This document shows positions 1-9,215 of a stretch of DNA of 64,000 bases, piece by piece. A model generated the notes under the pieces. It was not told the DNA's origin and did no database searches. It saw only the letters and a list, made by a program, of their open reading frames with translations. Source of the DNA: an uncultured Alphaproteobacteria bacterium (GTDB taxonomy: Bacteria; Pseudomonadota; Alphaproteobacteria; RF32; CAG-239); the NCBI GenBank assembly GCA_944393235.1, contig CALXZJ010000002.1, forward strand, positions 1,739 through 65,738, in the 5' to 3' direction. The stretch's first letter is position 1. Each line of letters starts with the position of its first letter. The translations under genes and the position numbers were made by a program.

Positions 1-190
1 TTAAAGTAACAACGACTAAAACAAAGGCAAATCCAACCCAAAATTCAGCACTTTGATAAAAAATTTCCTCGCCGTGTTTGTCATGAATTTCTGATGATGT
101 TTCTGTTTGTGCAACAGTTTGCGTTTCATCAAGCGAGGCATTGCTCAAAATTACATTATTTTCAGAAATTTTATGTGGAAAGATTGCCAT
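1..190 (-). CDS. atpF: ATP synthase F0 subunit b, N-terminal part (gene continues past position 1)
   Basis: Own translation from the ATG at 190 on the - strand gives MAIFPHKISENN...EEIFYQSAEFWVGFAFVLVVVTL. It has a hydrophilic leader then a single TM helix, as in b subunits. It is the last gene of the atpI-B-E-F'-F order typical of alphaproteobacteria. Confidence 0.65.
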   Translation of the reverse strand, partial: MAIFPHKISENNVILSNASLDETQTVAQTETSSEIHDKHGEEIFYQSAEFWVGFAFVLVVVTL

Positions 191-205
191 TTGTTCTGCC
201 ATGGG

Positions 206-670
206 TTATTCCTTTTTTGCCGCTGCCTTATTTTCGTTTTTAATACCAAACTTGACCAAAATACTGTTAGCCAATTGTTCAGAAACATTTTCAACAGTAT
301 TTAAGGTTTCTTGCCGTTGTTTAGTGATTAAATACTCATTATCGGCAATTTTACGATTAAGAATATCTTCAATCTCGGCATGTTTACCGGAAATCAATTT
401 TGCCAAATCTTCTTTATTTTGCAAAATACGTTCGTTAGCTTGATCTTTTGCTTTTTTAAGAGCCTTTTCATATTTATCCAAGGATTGAAGCGCCTGCTTA
501 TTAATTTTTTCGGCTTTTTTGATGTAGCCGTCAATTTTTCGTCGACGTTGCTCCATAATATCTTCAATCCTCGGAATAATAAACCACGACAACATAAACC
601 ACAGGCTAAAAAAGCTCAACAGCAGCCAAAAAATCTGGGATAAGTATGTCGAGATATCAAGTTGAGGCAT
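206..670 (-). CDS. atpF2: ATP synthase F0 subunit b' (b-type stator subunit)
   Basis: 154 aa with one N-terminal TM helix (IFWLLLSFFSLWFMLSWFIIP). The rest is a long charged helical region (EQRRRKIDGYIKKAEK...). It lies directly downstream of atpE. Confidence 0.8.
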   Translation of the reverse strand: MPQLDISTYLSQIFWLLLSFFSLWFMLSWFIIPRIEDIMEQRRRKIDGYIKKAEKINKQALQSLDKYEKALKKAKDQANERILQNKEDLAKLISGKHAEIEDILNRKIADNEYLITKQRQETLNTVENVSEQLANSILVKFGIKNENKAAAKKE

Positions 671-671
671 A

Positions 672-893
672 TTAATTACCTGTTAAAATGACAAGAGCAA
701 TAACCAAGGCATACAAGGCAATAGCCTCAATAGCGGCAAATCCTGCCCAACCGTAAATATCAACATCTTTTTTTACTTGCGGATTACGTCCGACAGTTTC
801 AATAATTGTCATCCAGAGTTTTGCGACACCCCAAGCGGAGGCCATCATTGACAAGGCGCAAAGCCCGGCAGCAACATAAGCTAATGGTTCCAT
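672..893 (-). CDS. atpE: ATP synthase F0 subunit c
   Basis: 73-aa two-helix proteolipid. The loop is GRNPQ and the carboxylate-bearing helix is AAIEAIALYALVIALVIL. Confidence 0.95.
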   Translation of the reverse strand: MEPLAYVAAGLCALSMMASAWGVAKLWMTIIETVGRNPQVKKDVDIYGWAGFAAIEAIALYALVIALVILTGN

Positions 894-914
894 AAATTTT
901 TCCTTTCTTTAAAG

Positions 915-1637
915 TTAATGATAATGAATAGCATCACTCAAATAAATACAGCTGAGCACGGTAAAAATAAAAGCCTGCAAAACTGCAATAAAAATTTCAA
1001 AAACAATAATACAAGCATCAAATAATAATGGCACAACCCCGGTTAAGCCTAAAGCAACAACAAAGCCGGCCAAAATTTTCAACATAATATGCCCCACTGT
1101 CATATTTGCAACCAAACGAACAGTCAGGCTAAAAGGTTTTGATAAAAGCGATATAATTTCAATTGGAATCACGAGCGGCGCTAAAGGCCAGGGAATACCT
1201 TTGGGCAAAAACGTACGTAAGTAGCCCCATTTTTTAGTATAAACACCGATACAAACATTAAAAAGTAGCGCAAACACAGCCAAAGTACCGACAGCCGCCA
1301 GATGAGAAGTAAACGTAAAACTATAAGGAAACAATCCCAACAAATTACCAAAAGCAATAAATAAAAATATGCTGAAGATAAATGAAAAATATTTCAAACT
1401 ATCTTTTCCGGCGCAGTCTTGCAAAAGATTGCGGATAAAGCTATATGCTGTTTCCGGCACAAGCTGAACCAAACTGGGAACGATAGTTCTTTTGCGCAAA
1501 CAAAAACCCAAAATTAAAACCACTGCAGCAACGGCTAAAACCATAAACAAAGAAGAGTTAGTAAAAGAAACATCATATCCGTTAATTTCTAACGGGATAA
1601 TCGGTTTTACATTAAATTGTTCCAATGGGCTTGCCAT
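915..1637 (-). CDS. atpB: ATP synthase F0 subunit a
   Basis: 240-aa polytopic protein. The conserved RLVANMTVGH motif (essential Arg helix) is present, and it lies between atpI and atpE. Confidence 0.95.
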   Translation of the reverse strand: MASPLEQFNVKPIIPLEINGYDVSFTNSSLFMVLAVAAVVLILGFCLRKRTIVPSLVQLVPETAYSFIRNLLQDCAGKDSLKYFSFIFSIFLFIAFGNLLGLFPYSFTFTSHLAAVGTLAVFALLFNVCIGVYTKKWGYLRTFLPKGIPWPLAPLVIPIEIISLLSKPFSLTVRLVANMTVGHIMLKILAGFVVALGLTGVVPLLFDACIIVFEIFIAVLQAFIFTVLSCIYLSDAIHYH

Positions 1638-1641
1638 TCTC

Positions 1642-1950
1642 TTACTCCTTAGAGCTATTCTCTACCTTAAATGTTTTATAAATGTTTAATATTCCGGCTG
1701 CACCGCCTAAAATTGTGAATATTACAATCAGCCATGGCTGAGAAGAAAACAATTTATCAAGCACATAACCAATTCCGGCTCCGATAAGCACACCGGACAA
1801 AAGCTCAACACTAATTTGAAACCCCGCCGATGTCTGTGTATACGCATTTTCTTTAATCGACGGAGCCTTATTTAAAGAGGCATGTTTATCCTTAAATTCA
1901 TTAATACGCCGCGCAATATTCTTAATATCATCCGGCTCTCTCATTGCCAA
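1642..1950 (-). CDS. atpI: AtpI/AtpZ-like small membrane protein of the F0 operon
   Basis: 102 aa with two hydrophobic helices in the C-terminal half. It sits immediately upstream of atpB. Confidence 0.6.
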   Translation of the reverse strand: MAMREPDDIKNIARRINEFKDKHASLNKAPSIKENAYTQTSAGFQISVELLSGVLIGAGIGYVLDKLFSSQPWLIVIFTILGGAAGILNIYKTFKVENSSKE

Positions 1951-1960
1951 TCTCCGTTAT

Positions 1961-2692
1961 TTAAGACAACAGCTCATCTAAATAAAATTTTAACTTCTCA
2001 TAATCCGGAGCGCCATAAATAATCTCATATTGACCATTGTGGTTAATCAAAAATGCCGGCGTTCCTTGCATTTTAAGTTTATCAACGGCTTCCTGTCTGT
2101 CGTTTAGAATTTGTTGAGCCAATTGGTCGTTTTTTAAGCATTCAGCAGCTTCTGTTTTTTTTAATCCGTTTGCCAAAGCATAGCTTTTTAGCAAGTTTTC
2201 AGAATTAAAAGACAATCCCCATTCCCGTTGTTTTTCAAACACCATTTTCAAAAAATTTTGTCGGTATTGTAAAGGCACACACTCAGAAAGCATAGCGCCT
2301 TGCATAGATTTCCGATCTAAGGGAAAATTAATAAAAGCAACTTTCAACTTCCCGTTATCAATAAAATCTTTCTTAAGCTGAGGCAGAATATTTAGATGAA
2401 AATGAGCACAGTGTGTACACCCCAAAGAAGAAAGTTCATACATCATAATCGGCGCATCCTGTTTGCCGATAATTTCCGTCGGTTTAAAATTCAATGCCAG
2501 ATTTTCATCAAGTTTAACAGCAAACTCTTGAGAGTTATCGGTAGCCGGTGTTTGTGCTGCTGCGGGCTGAACCAATGTAAAAGTCCCGTTTTGAAAAACA
2601 AAACCTTTTAACGACAAATATCCGTACGCACAAACAACATAAATAATTATACTGGTAATAACAGCACTTAAACGGCGGATAATTTTTTCCAC
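1961..2692 (-). CDS. DsbA-family periplasmic thiol:disulfide oxidoreductase (Com1-like)
   Basis: N-terminal signal/anchor helix, a CxxC active site in SSLGCTHCAHFH, and GTPAF near the C-terminus (cis-Pro loop region of DsbA folds). Confidence 0.8.
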   Translation of the reverse strand: MEKIIRRLSAVITSIIIYVVCAYGYLSLKGFVFQNGTFTLVQPAAAQTPATDNSQEFAVKLDENLALNFKPTEIIGKQDAPIMMYELSSLGCTHCAHFHLNILPQLKKDFIDNGKLKVAFINFPLDRKSMQGAMLSECVPLQYRQNFLKMVFEKQREWGLSFNSENLLKSYALANGLKKTEAAECLKNDQLAQQILNDRQEAVDKLKMQGTPAFLINHNGQYEIIYGAPDYEKLKFYLDELLS

Positions 2693-2701
2693 GAAAGCCT
2701 C

Positions 2702-3223
2702 CTATTTATTGTTTTTAAATATACTTTCGCCCAAACTTTTCAATCGGGCTCTTAAATCCGGATTTTGCACATTTTCCGTCACGCTTTGAATATAATTTTC
2801 TTCTGCTTTTGTGACAAGCTTTTTCTCATGTTTATCATCAAATTCAGCCTGTGGCGAAGAATGTATAAAAGTATCATTTTGGATAATTTTAATTTTTGCC
2901 ACAGCCTGATACCCGAAAAACGTGTTGATTTTTTCCAAAAGGATAGAAGTTTTATGCTGAATTTCTAAAGCATAAGCACCGCTGGCAACCAAAAGATATA
3001 AAACGCCGTTATTTTTACAGCCTTGTTTAAATTCAATTTTTTGAGGAAGTGAATATTGGGCCATTTCTTCACCCGCAATATTTTTCCAATTGGCAATAAG
3101 ATCAATTTCCGCCATGCCTTTATTGCCAAGCAGCTTTTTGATAAACGGCGCCATGCCGTCGGCAAGAGTTTCTAACCCATGGCATAAATGTTCTTTACTG
3201 ACAATGTCTTTCGGCTTTTTCAT
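2702..3223 (-). CDS. DUF721/DciA-like protein
   Basis: 173 aa. The core NWKNIAGEEMAQYSLPQKIEFK...GVLYLLVASGAYALEIQHKTSILLEKIN matches the usual DUF721 pattern (W..ivG..la.hs.p..l..g.L.v.v.s..w..el). Family assignment is from memory. Confidence 0.55.
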   Translation of the reverse strand: MKKPKDIVSKEHLCHGLETLADGMAPFIKKLLGNKGMAEIDLIANWKNIAGEEMAQYSLPQKIEFKQGCKNNGVLYLLVASGAYALEIQHKTSILLEKINTFFGYQAVAKIKIIQNDTFIHSSPQAEFDDKHEKKLVTKAEENYIQSVTENVQNPDLRARLKSLGESIFKNNK

Positions 3224-3259
3224 AACTTAAATGTTAACTCAAAATATTCAAAGTTCAAA

Positions 3260-4192
3260 TCAAATTTTAAGATGTTGCAACGGATGTTTTTGTTTGACGG
3301 TTTCCATCAATTTTTGCGAGGTAATATGTGTATAAATTTCGGTTGTTGCAACATTTTCATGTCCGAGCATTTTTTGTACCGACCGCAAATCCGCCTGATG
3401 GTTAATAAGGTTGGTGGCAAAGGAATGCCGCAGAGTGTGCGGCGAAATCAAGCGGATATCAAAACCGCATTCCGCAGCAAGTTTCTTTAATTCCTTGAAA
3501 AAAGCGTCACGGGTAATATGCCCGTCAGCAGCGGTTTTGGATGGGAAAAGCCATGGCGATTTTTTCCCTTTGGCGATAAATTTATCGCGGGATTTGTTTG
3601 TGTACTCTAAAACGGCATCTTTTGCCGATTGCGAAATCGGAATAAGCCGCTCTTTACTGCCTTTCCCGCGAACATTTAATTGGAGTTTGTCATAATTAAT
3701 GGCGTTTTCCGGCAAAGAAACCAGTTCGGAAACACGCAAGCCGGTAGCAAACATCAACTGAATCATCACACCGATTCGTTTTACAGGAATGCTTTTATGG
3801 TTTTGAGCTTGTTTGATTAATTGGCAAATTTGTAGCGGTGTGAGAAATTTTGGCAGAGGTTTTTCCTGTTTGGGTGTAAGAATGTTAGCCGTTGGATTAT
3901 CTTTTAAAATTTTTTCAGAAAACAAAAAGCGGCAAAACTCACGTAACGCTGAAAGTTTTCGCGCTTGCGTCTTTGGAGCGAAGGCTTTTTCGCCCATTTT
4001 GCCAACATAAAAAGCCACATCCTCGGAAGAAATTTGTTCAACATCAACGCCGGTCATGGCAAAAAACTGATTAATATCACGCCGATAGGCGGCCAAAGTA
4101 TTGTCGGCAGCGCCTTTTTCAGCAGCCATCATATCCAAAAACCATGCCAGATATTTTTTGTGGTGGTTATTTTTTATATTCAATGGCGACAT
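3260..4192 (-). CDS. xerD: Tyrosine site-specific recombinase XerD/XerC (chromosome dimer resolution)
   Basis: The N-terminal core-binding motif is AAEKGAADNTLAAYRRDI. The catalytic region contains RVSELVSL, HTLRHSFATNLINHQADLRSVQKMLGHENVATTEIYTH. The supplied ORF starts at a TTG at 4267. I prefer the ATG at 4192 (MSPLNIK...), but the start is uncertain. Confidence 0.85.
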   Translation of the reverse strand: MSPLNIKNNHHKKYLAWFLDMMAAEKGAADNTLAAYRRDINQFFAMTGVDVEQISSEDVAFYVGKMGEKAFAPKTQARKLSALREFCRFLFSEKILKDNPTANILTPKQEKPLPKFLTPLQICQLIKQAQNHKSIPVKRIGVMIQLMFATGLRVSELVSLPENAINYDKLQLNVRGKGSKERLIPISQSAKDAVLEYTNKSRDKFIAKGKKSPWLFPSKTAADGHITRDAFFKELKKLAAECGFDIRLISPHTLRHSFATNLINHQADLRSVQKMLGHENVATTEIYTHITSQKLMETVKQKHPLQHLKI

Positions 4193-4307
4193 CCTGTTCC
4201 ACATGACGTGTAATTGGCGTAATGTCTTTGGCGGCAATATAAACCACCCCGCCCAACACCGCGACAATCAAAATGTAGTAAATCCATTTATAGTTTTTTT
4301 GCCTCAT
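4167..4307 (-). CDS. Possible 46-aa single-pass membrane peptide (too short for the ORF track)
   Basis: Own translation: MRQKNYKWIYYILIVAVLGGVVYIAAKDITPITRHVEQDVAIEYKK. An AAGG motif lies ~9 nt upstream of the ATG. The ORF overlaps the preferred xerD start. Confidence 0.25.
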   Translation of the reverse strand: MRQKNYKWIYYILIVAVLGGVVYIAAKDITPITRHVEQDVAIEYKK

Positions 4308-4394
4308 GGTAAAATACCTTATAAAAAATGTTGATAAATCCGGATAACATTTATATTATTTATCATAATAATTTTGAAAGAAGTGTTAAAAAGA

Positions 4395-4949
4395 ATGATA
4401 AAAAACATAAATAAAATAATTCTTTTAGTCGGCTTAATGGGAAGCGGTAAAACCAGTGTCGGCAAAAGATTGGCACAAAAGCTAAATCTGCCTTTTGTAG
4501 ACGGCGACCAAGAAATTGAAAAAGCCGCCGGTTTGTCTTTAATTGATGTTTTGAAATGTTTTGGTCCGGAAGAATACCGCGCCGGCGAAATGCGGGTGAT
4601 GAAACGTCTGTTACAAGGCGAGCCTTGTGTTTTGGCTTCCGGCGGTGGTTCGTTTGTCGCTGAACAAACCCGCGAAATGGCAAAGCTTCATGCCCTGACC
4701 ATTTGGCTTAAAGCTGACATTGACACGCTTTATAACCGCACCGCCGGCCGCAAACATCGTCCTTTTTTGATGGGTGCCGATTCGCGCTTGAAAGAAAAAC
4801 TTGAAAACTACATTAAGGAAGAATATCCGTATTATTCCACGGCGGATATTGTGGTGGAAACCAAAGATGAAAAAGTGGATAATACGGTAACAAGAGTCAT
4901 ACGCGCCATAGAAGATTTTTATCGTACGGAGAAAAAAAATGCGTCATAA
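4395..4949 (+). CDS. aroK: Shikimate kinase
   Basis: Walker A is GLMGSGKTSVGKRLA, with DGD and the LASGGG lid motif. I prefer the ATG at 4395 to the TTG at 4374. Confidence 0.9.
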   Translation: MIKNINKIILLVGLMGSGKTSVGKRLAQKLNLPFVDGDQEIEKAAGLSLIDVLKCFGPEEYRAGEMRVMKRLLQGEPCVLASGGGSFVAEQTREMAKLHALTIWLKADIDTLYNRTAGRKHRPFLMGADSRLKEKLENYIKEEYPYYSTADIVVETKDEKVDNTVTRVIRAIEDFYRTEKKNAS

Positions 4950-5649
4950 CAATCGTCCGACAGAAAGCTTGCGCAAAGTAGAAATCATTCCGGATATCAA
5001 CCCATATGCTGAAGGTTCGTGCCTAATAAAATGCGGCAACACACACGTTTTATGCACGGCATCGGTTGATGATAAATTGCCGGCATGGCTTAATGGTCAA
5101 AACAAAGGGTGGATAACGGCCGAATACGCTCTTTTGCCGCGTTCCACCAAAACCAGAGTTGCCCGCGAAACACGCGGTCCGTCGGGACGTACGCATGAAA
5201 TTCAACGTTTAATCGGTCGTTCTTTGCGTGCGGTAACGGATTTAAGCCAACTGCAAGGCTTTTTAATCCAAATAGATTGCGATGTTTTGCAAGCCGATGG
5301 CGGCACGCGCACGGCATCCATAACCGGTTCTTTTGTGGCTTTGTATCGGGCGCTGCAAAAACTTACGACGGAAGGAAAAATCCCCTGCAATCCGATTCGC
5401 GAATTTGTCGCGGCGGTGTCCTGCGGCTTGGAAGGCGAAGAATGTTTATTGGATTTGGACTATGAAGAAGATTCTTCAGCGCGCGCCGATACCAATTTTG
5501 TCTTGACCGAAAGCGGCAAAATTGTTGAAATCCAAGGAACGGCAGAAGGTGAACCTTTTTCTGAAGAACAATTCGGCAAGCTTTTTGGCTTAGCCAAAAC
5601 CGGCATTGCCGAACTAATAAAATTACAGAAGAAAGCACTAGGTTTATAA
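4939..5649 (+). CDS. rph: Ribonuclease PH
   Basis: 236 aa with R...RP...EGS, GWITAEYALLP, TRGPSGRTHEIQRLIGRSLR and CDVLQADGGTR motifs. Confidence 0.95.
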   Translation: MRHNNRPTESLRKVEIIPDINPYAEGSCLIKCGNTHVLCTASVDDKLPAWLNGQNKGWITAEYALLPRSTKTRVARETRGPSGRTHEIQRLIGRSLRAVTDLSQLQGFLIQIDCDVLQADGGTRTASITGSFVALYRALQKLTTEGKIPCNPIREFVAAVSCGLEGEECLLDLDYEEDSSARADTNFVLTESGKIVEIQGTAEGEPFSEEQFGKLFGLAKTGIAELIKLQKKALGL

Positions 5650-5659
5650 GGATTTGAAA

Positions 5660-6247
5660 ATGGAAGAATTGATATTTGCCAGTCATAACCGCGGCAAAAT
5701 TGCGGAAATCAAACAAATGTTGGCGCCTTTGAACATAAAAGTGCTATCAGCCGATGAAATTAACTTACCGGATGTTGAAGAAACCGGCACGACGTTTGAA
5801 GAAAACGCTGCGCTAAAGGCTTTAACCATCGCTAAATTAACCAAGAAACCCTGCTTGGCTGACGATTCCGGCTTATGTGTCAACGCTTTGGGTGGGCGTC
5901 CGGGGGTTTATTCTGCCCGTTATGCGCCGAACCGCGATTTTGATAAAGCCATGGATAAACTTTTAGCAGAGCTGGAAAAGAGTGGCAATGCAGACCGTTC
6001 GGCATATTTTGCCTGTGTTTTGGTCTTGGGTTACCCTGATGGTACATATCAAAGTTTTGAAGGGCGTGTGAATGGCAAAATCACCAAACAAAAACAAGGA
6101 AGCGGCGGTTTTGGTTTTGATCCGCTTTTTGCGCCGGACGGGTATGAAAAAACCTTTGCTGAATTAGGTGCCGAGGTTAAAAACAAAATTTCGCACCGTG
6201 GTCGGGCTTTGCAAAAATTTGTTTCCTATCTTCACAATTTAAAATAA
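5660..6247 (+). CDS. rdgB: Non-canonical purine NTP pyrophosphatase (RdgB/HAM1)
   Basis: Motifs ASHNRGKIAEI, ETGTTFEENAALKA, DDSGLCVNALGGRPGVYSARY, GFGFDPLF and ISHRGRAL. A TAAGGA RBS lies 7 nt before the ATG at 5660. Confidence 0.9.
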   Translation: MEELIFASHNRGKIAEIKQMLAPLNIKVLSADEINLPDVEETGTTFEENAALKALTIAKLTKKPCLADDSGLCVNALGGRPGVYSARYAPNRDFDKAMDKLLAELEKSGNADRSAYFACVLVLGYPDGTYQSFEGRVNGKITKQKQGSGGFGFDPLFAPDGYEKTFAELGAEVKNKISHRGRALQKFVSYLHNLK

Positions 6248-6259
6248 CGGGAAATCGTC

Positions 6260-9208
6260 ATGGCCGGAAAAATTTTTAACATTCCGCAGAGCTGTTCTTT
6301 TACAGATGTTCTGGCGGAAAAGTTTAGCCATTTGTATGAAAAAAATCCCGCCATGTTGGCTGATTTAATGTTTTTGCTGCCCAGCCGCCGAGCCTGCTTG
6401 TCATTGCGTGATGCATTTGTGCGTTGCAATGGTTTAAAACCGACTTTACTGCCGAAAATTTTGCCGATTGGCGAACTGGAAGAAGATGAAATCAGTTTGC
6501 GTACTGCCGATGCGCCGGCGTTGGTAAAGCAATTACCGGCTGTGGTTGATGATTTTGAGCGCCTCTTTATTTTTGCCCGTTTGATTGTTTCCAAACCGGC
6601 TGAATATGGTTTGCCGGAAATGACAATCAGTCAAGCGGTTTCTTTGGCGCGTGATTTAGCCAAATTGATTGACATATCTCATAACGAGCAAATTTCCTTT
6701 GCCAAATTGAAAGATTTGGTGCCGGAGCAATATGCCGCTCATTGGCAGGAAACGCTGCGCTTTTTGCAAATCATCACTAATTACTGGCCGCAAATTTTGG
6801 CTGAACGGCAAGCGGTGGATTCGGCACACAGAAAAAATATTTTATTGGCCGCTCAAGCAGAAATCTGGCAAAAATCACCGCCGTCCGGCAAAATTATTGC
6901 TGCCGGAATTACGGCAGGTTTTCCCGAATACCATCGGCTATTAAAAACGATTTTACAACTTGAAAACGGCGAAGTTTATCTTTATGGCGTGGATAAATAT
7001 TTGAATGCGGATGATTGGGCGCAAATTGATGAAAGCCATCCGTGTTATGAACAGAAAAAACTTTTGGAATTTTTACAAATTTCCCGTGAAGACGTAACTG
7101 ATGTTCAGCCGCCGCAAAATCCGTTGCGGGAACGTTTTGTGTCTGAAGTCATGTGTCCGGCGGCAGCAACCTCCAAATGGCGAAACCTGCAAACAGACAA
7201 AATTTCACCCAAAGCCATTACGGACTTAAAGACAATCAATTGTGAAGATATGCGAAAAGAAGCTGCAGTCATCGCTGTGATAATGCGTGAAACCTTAAAC
7301 ACGCCGGAAAAAACCGCCGCGTTGGTTACCACGGATAGAGAACTGGCGCGCCGCGTTGCTTCAGAATTGGAGCGCTGGAATATTAAAATAGACGATTCGG
7401 CGGGTCGGCCGCTGCATTTGACCCCAACCGGAATTTTTCTGCGGCTGATACCGTTTGTTATTGAAAACAATACATTGGATACCGCGTGGTTGTCATTGGC
7501 AAAAAATCCATTCACCCGATTAGGAGTGGATAAAAATGATTTACGCCGAAAAATCAGAGATTGGGAGTTTGCTAAGCGTCGCCCGCTTTATTCCGATGAA
7601 CATCGGGAAATTCCCGAACAATTACAAGATTATTTGTGCAAAATAAAACAAGCGGTAGAACCGTTGCAAACTTTGTATAATGAACAAGAAGTTGATTTTA
7701 CGCAGCTGTTGCAAACGCATTTAAGCGTAGCCGAAACATTGGCGGCAAGTTCGGATTCTATTCTGGCTTCAGACACAAAAAAAACAAGCGGACAAATGTT
7801 GTGGAGCGGTGATGACGGACGCGCGGCAGCGGCTTTCTTCAGCCGTCTTTTGCCGCAAGCTGAAACCTTGGGCAAAATTGAACCGGCGCAATACGCATCG
7901 TTGTTAACGATTTTATTATCAGGACAAACTGTTCGCACCGGCTACGGTACGCATCCGCGTTTGAAAATTTTGGGTCCGATTGAAGCGCGTTTTAATCATT
8001 ATGATCAGGTTATTATCGGCGAAGTCAATGAGGGAGCCTGGCCGGCGCTTTCAAGCGGTGACCCATGGCTTTCCCGCCCGATGAAAAAAGACATGGGCAT
8101 GTCTTTGCCGGAAACAGCAATCGGCATTATGGCGGCAGATTTTAGCCAACTTTTATGCGCGCCGGAAGTCTATTTAACCCGCGCTGCCCGTGTCAACGGT
8201 ACGCCAATGAATAAATCGCGTTGGTTGCTGCGCTTGGAGACTGTTTGGGTAGCATGCGGCTTTCCGCCTAACTTGTTGGAAAACAAAACATATCTATGTT
8301 TAGCGTCACAATTATACCAACCGGAAAAATATGTTGCCATAGAAGCACCGGCACCCTGTCCGCCGGTAAGCGCGCGCCCGCGGCGTTTGTCGGCAAGTAC
8401 GGTAGAAACCTTAATGCGCGATCCGTATGAAATATATGCTTCCAAAATTTTGCGCTTAAAACCGTTAAATGAATTGGATATGAAACTTTCGCCCAGCGAT
8501 TATGGCAACATTGTGCACCATATTTTGGAAATCTTCAACCGCCGATATCCACATCAACTGCCCCAAAATGTCGAGGAAGAACTGCTTTCTATCGGTGCCG
8601 CGGAATTCCAAAACAGCGATATTGCGCCGGAGGTCAAAGCGTTTTGGTGGCCGAAGTTTGAAAAAACGGTGGAATGGCTGCTGCAAACCGAAAGTGAATA
8701 TCGTCCGCATGTGGCTCAGGTGTTTAGTGAAGTACGTGGACAAATGGAATGGGAGGCACCCGCCGGAAAGTTTACGGTTGAGGCGCGTGCCGACAGAGTA
8801 GATGTTACTTCTGACGGCATGGTAAACATTATTGATTATAAAACCGGCGAACCGCGCAAACCAAAAGAAGTAAAAGCCGGTTATGCGCCACAGCTGCCGA
8901 TAGAAGGGCTGATTGCCCAAAACGGCGGATTTTACGACAAAGAAGGAAAAAATCTGCCGCCGGCAGAAGTTGCAAGGTTGTTATATTGGCAACTGGGCGT
9001 CAAAAGTGTTGAAGTTTCGCTTGAAAACGGAAAATTATTGACCGACGCCGAAGAAAAGTTAAAAAAACTCATCCATGCTTTTGATTTTGAGACCACGCCA
9101 TATTTAGCGCGTCCAAACCCGAAACACTTGCCGAAATATTCCGATTATGAACATTTGGCAAGAGTTAAGGAATGGTCTGTGCGTGAAGATGAAGACGGGG
9201 AGGCATAA
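6260..9208 (+). CDS. addB: Double-strand break repair protein AddB (alphaproteobacterial type)
   Basis: 982 aa, directly upstream of and overlapping the addA ORF. The C-terminal PD-(D/E)xK-like nuclease region is RADRVD...NIIDYKTG. Confidence 0.85.
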   Translation: MAGKIFNIPQSCSFTDVLAEKFSHLYEKNPAMLADLMFLLPSRRACLSLRDAFVRCNGLKPTLLPKILPIGELEEDEISLRTADAPALVKQLPAVVDDFERLFIFARLIVSKPAEYGLPEMTISQAVSLARDLAKLIDISHNEQISFAKLKDLVPEQYAAHWQETLRFLQIITNYWPQILAERQAVDSAHRKNILLAAQAEIWQKSPPSGKIIAAGITAGFPEYHRLLKTILQLENGEVYLYGVDKYLNADDWAQIDESHPCYEQKKLLEFLQISREDVTDVQPPQNPLRERFVSEVMCPAAATSKWRNLQTDKISPKAITDLKTINCEDMRKEAAVIAVIMRETLNTPEKTAALVTTDRELARRVASELERWNIKIDDSAGRPLHLTPTGIFLRLIPFVIENNTLDTAWLSLAKNPFTRLGVDKNDLRRKIRDWEFAKRRPLYSDEHREIPEQLQDYLCKIKQAVEPLQTLYNEQEVDFTQLLQTHLSVAETLAASSDSILASDTKKTSGQMLWSGDDGRAAAAFFSRLLPQAETLGKIEPAQYASLLTILLSGQTVRTGYGTHPRLKILGPIEARFNHYDQVIIGEVNEGAWPALSSGDPWLSRPMKKDMGMSLPETAIGIMAADFSQLLCAPEVYLTRAARVNGTPMNKSRWLLRLETVWVACGFPPNLLENKTYLCLASQLYQPEKYVAIEAPAPCPPVSARPRRLSASTVETLMRDPYEIYASKILRLKPLNELDMKLSPSDYGNIVHHILEIFNRRYPHQLPQNVEEELLSIGAAEFQNSDIAPEVKAFWWPKFEKTVEWLLQTESEYRPHVAQVFSEVRGQMEWEAPAGKFTVEARADRVDVTSDGMVNIIDYKTGEPRKPKEVKAGYAPQLPIEGLIAQNGGFYDKEGKNLPPAEVARLLYWQLGVKSVEVSLENGKLLTDAEEKLKKLIHAFDFETTPYLARPNPKHLPKYSDYEHLARVKEWSVREDEDGEA

Positions 9209-9215
9209 AAAAACC

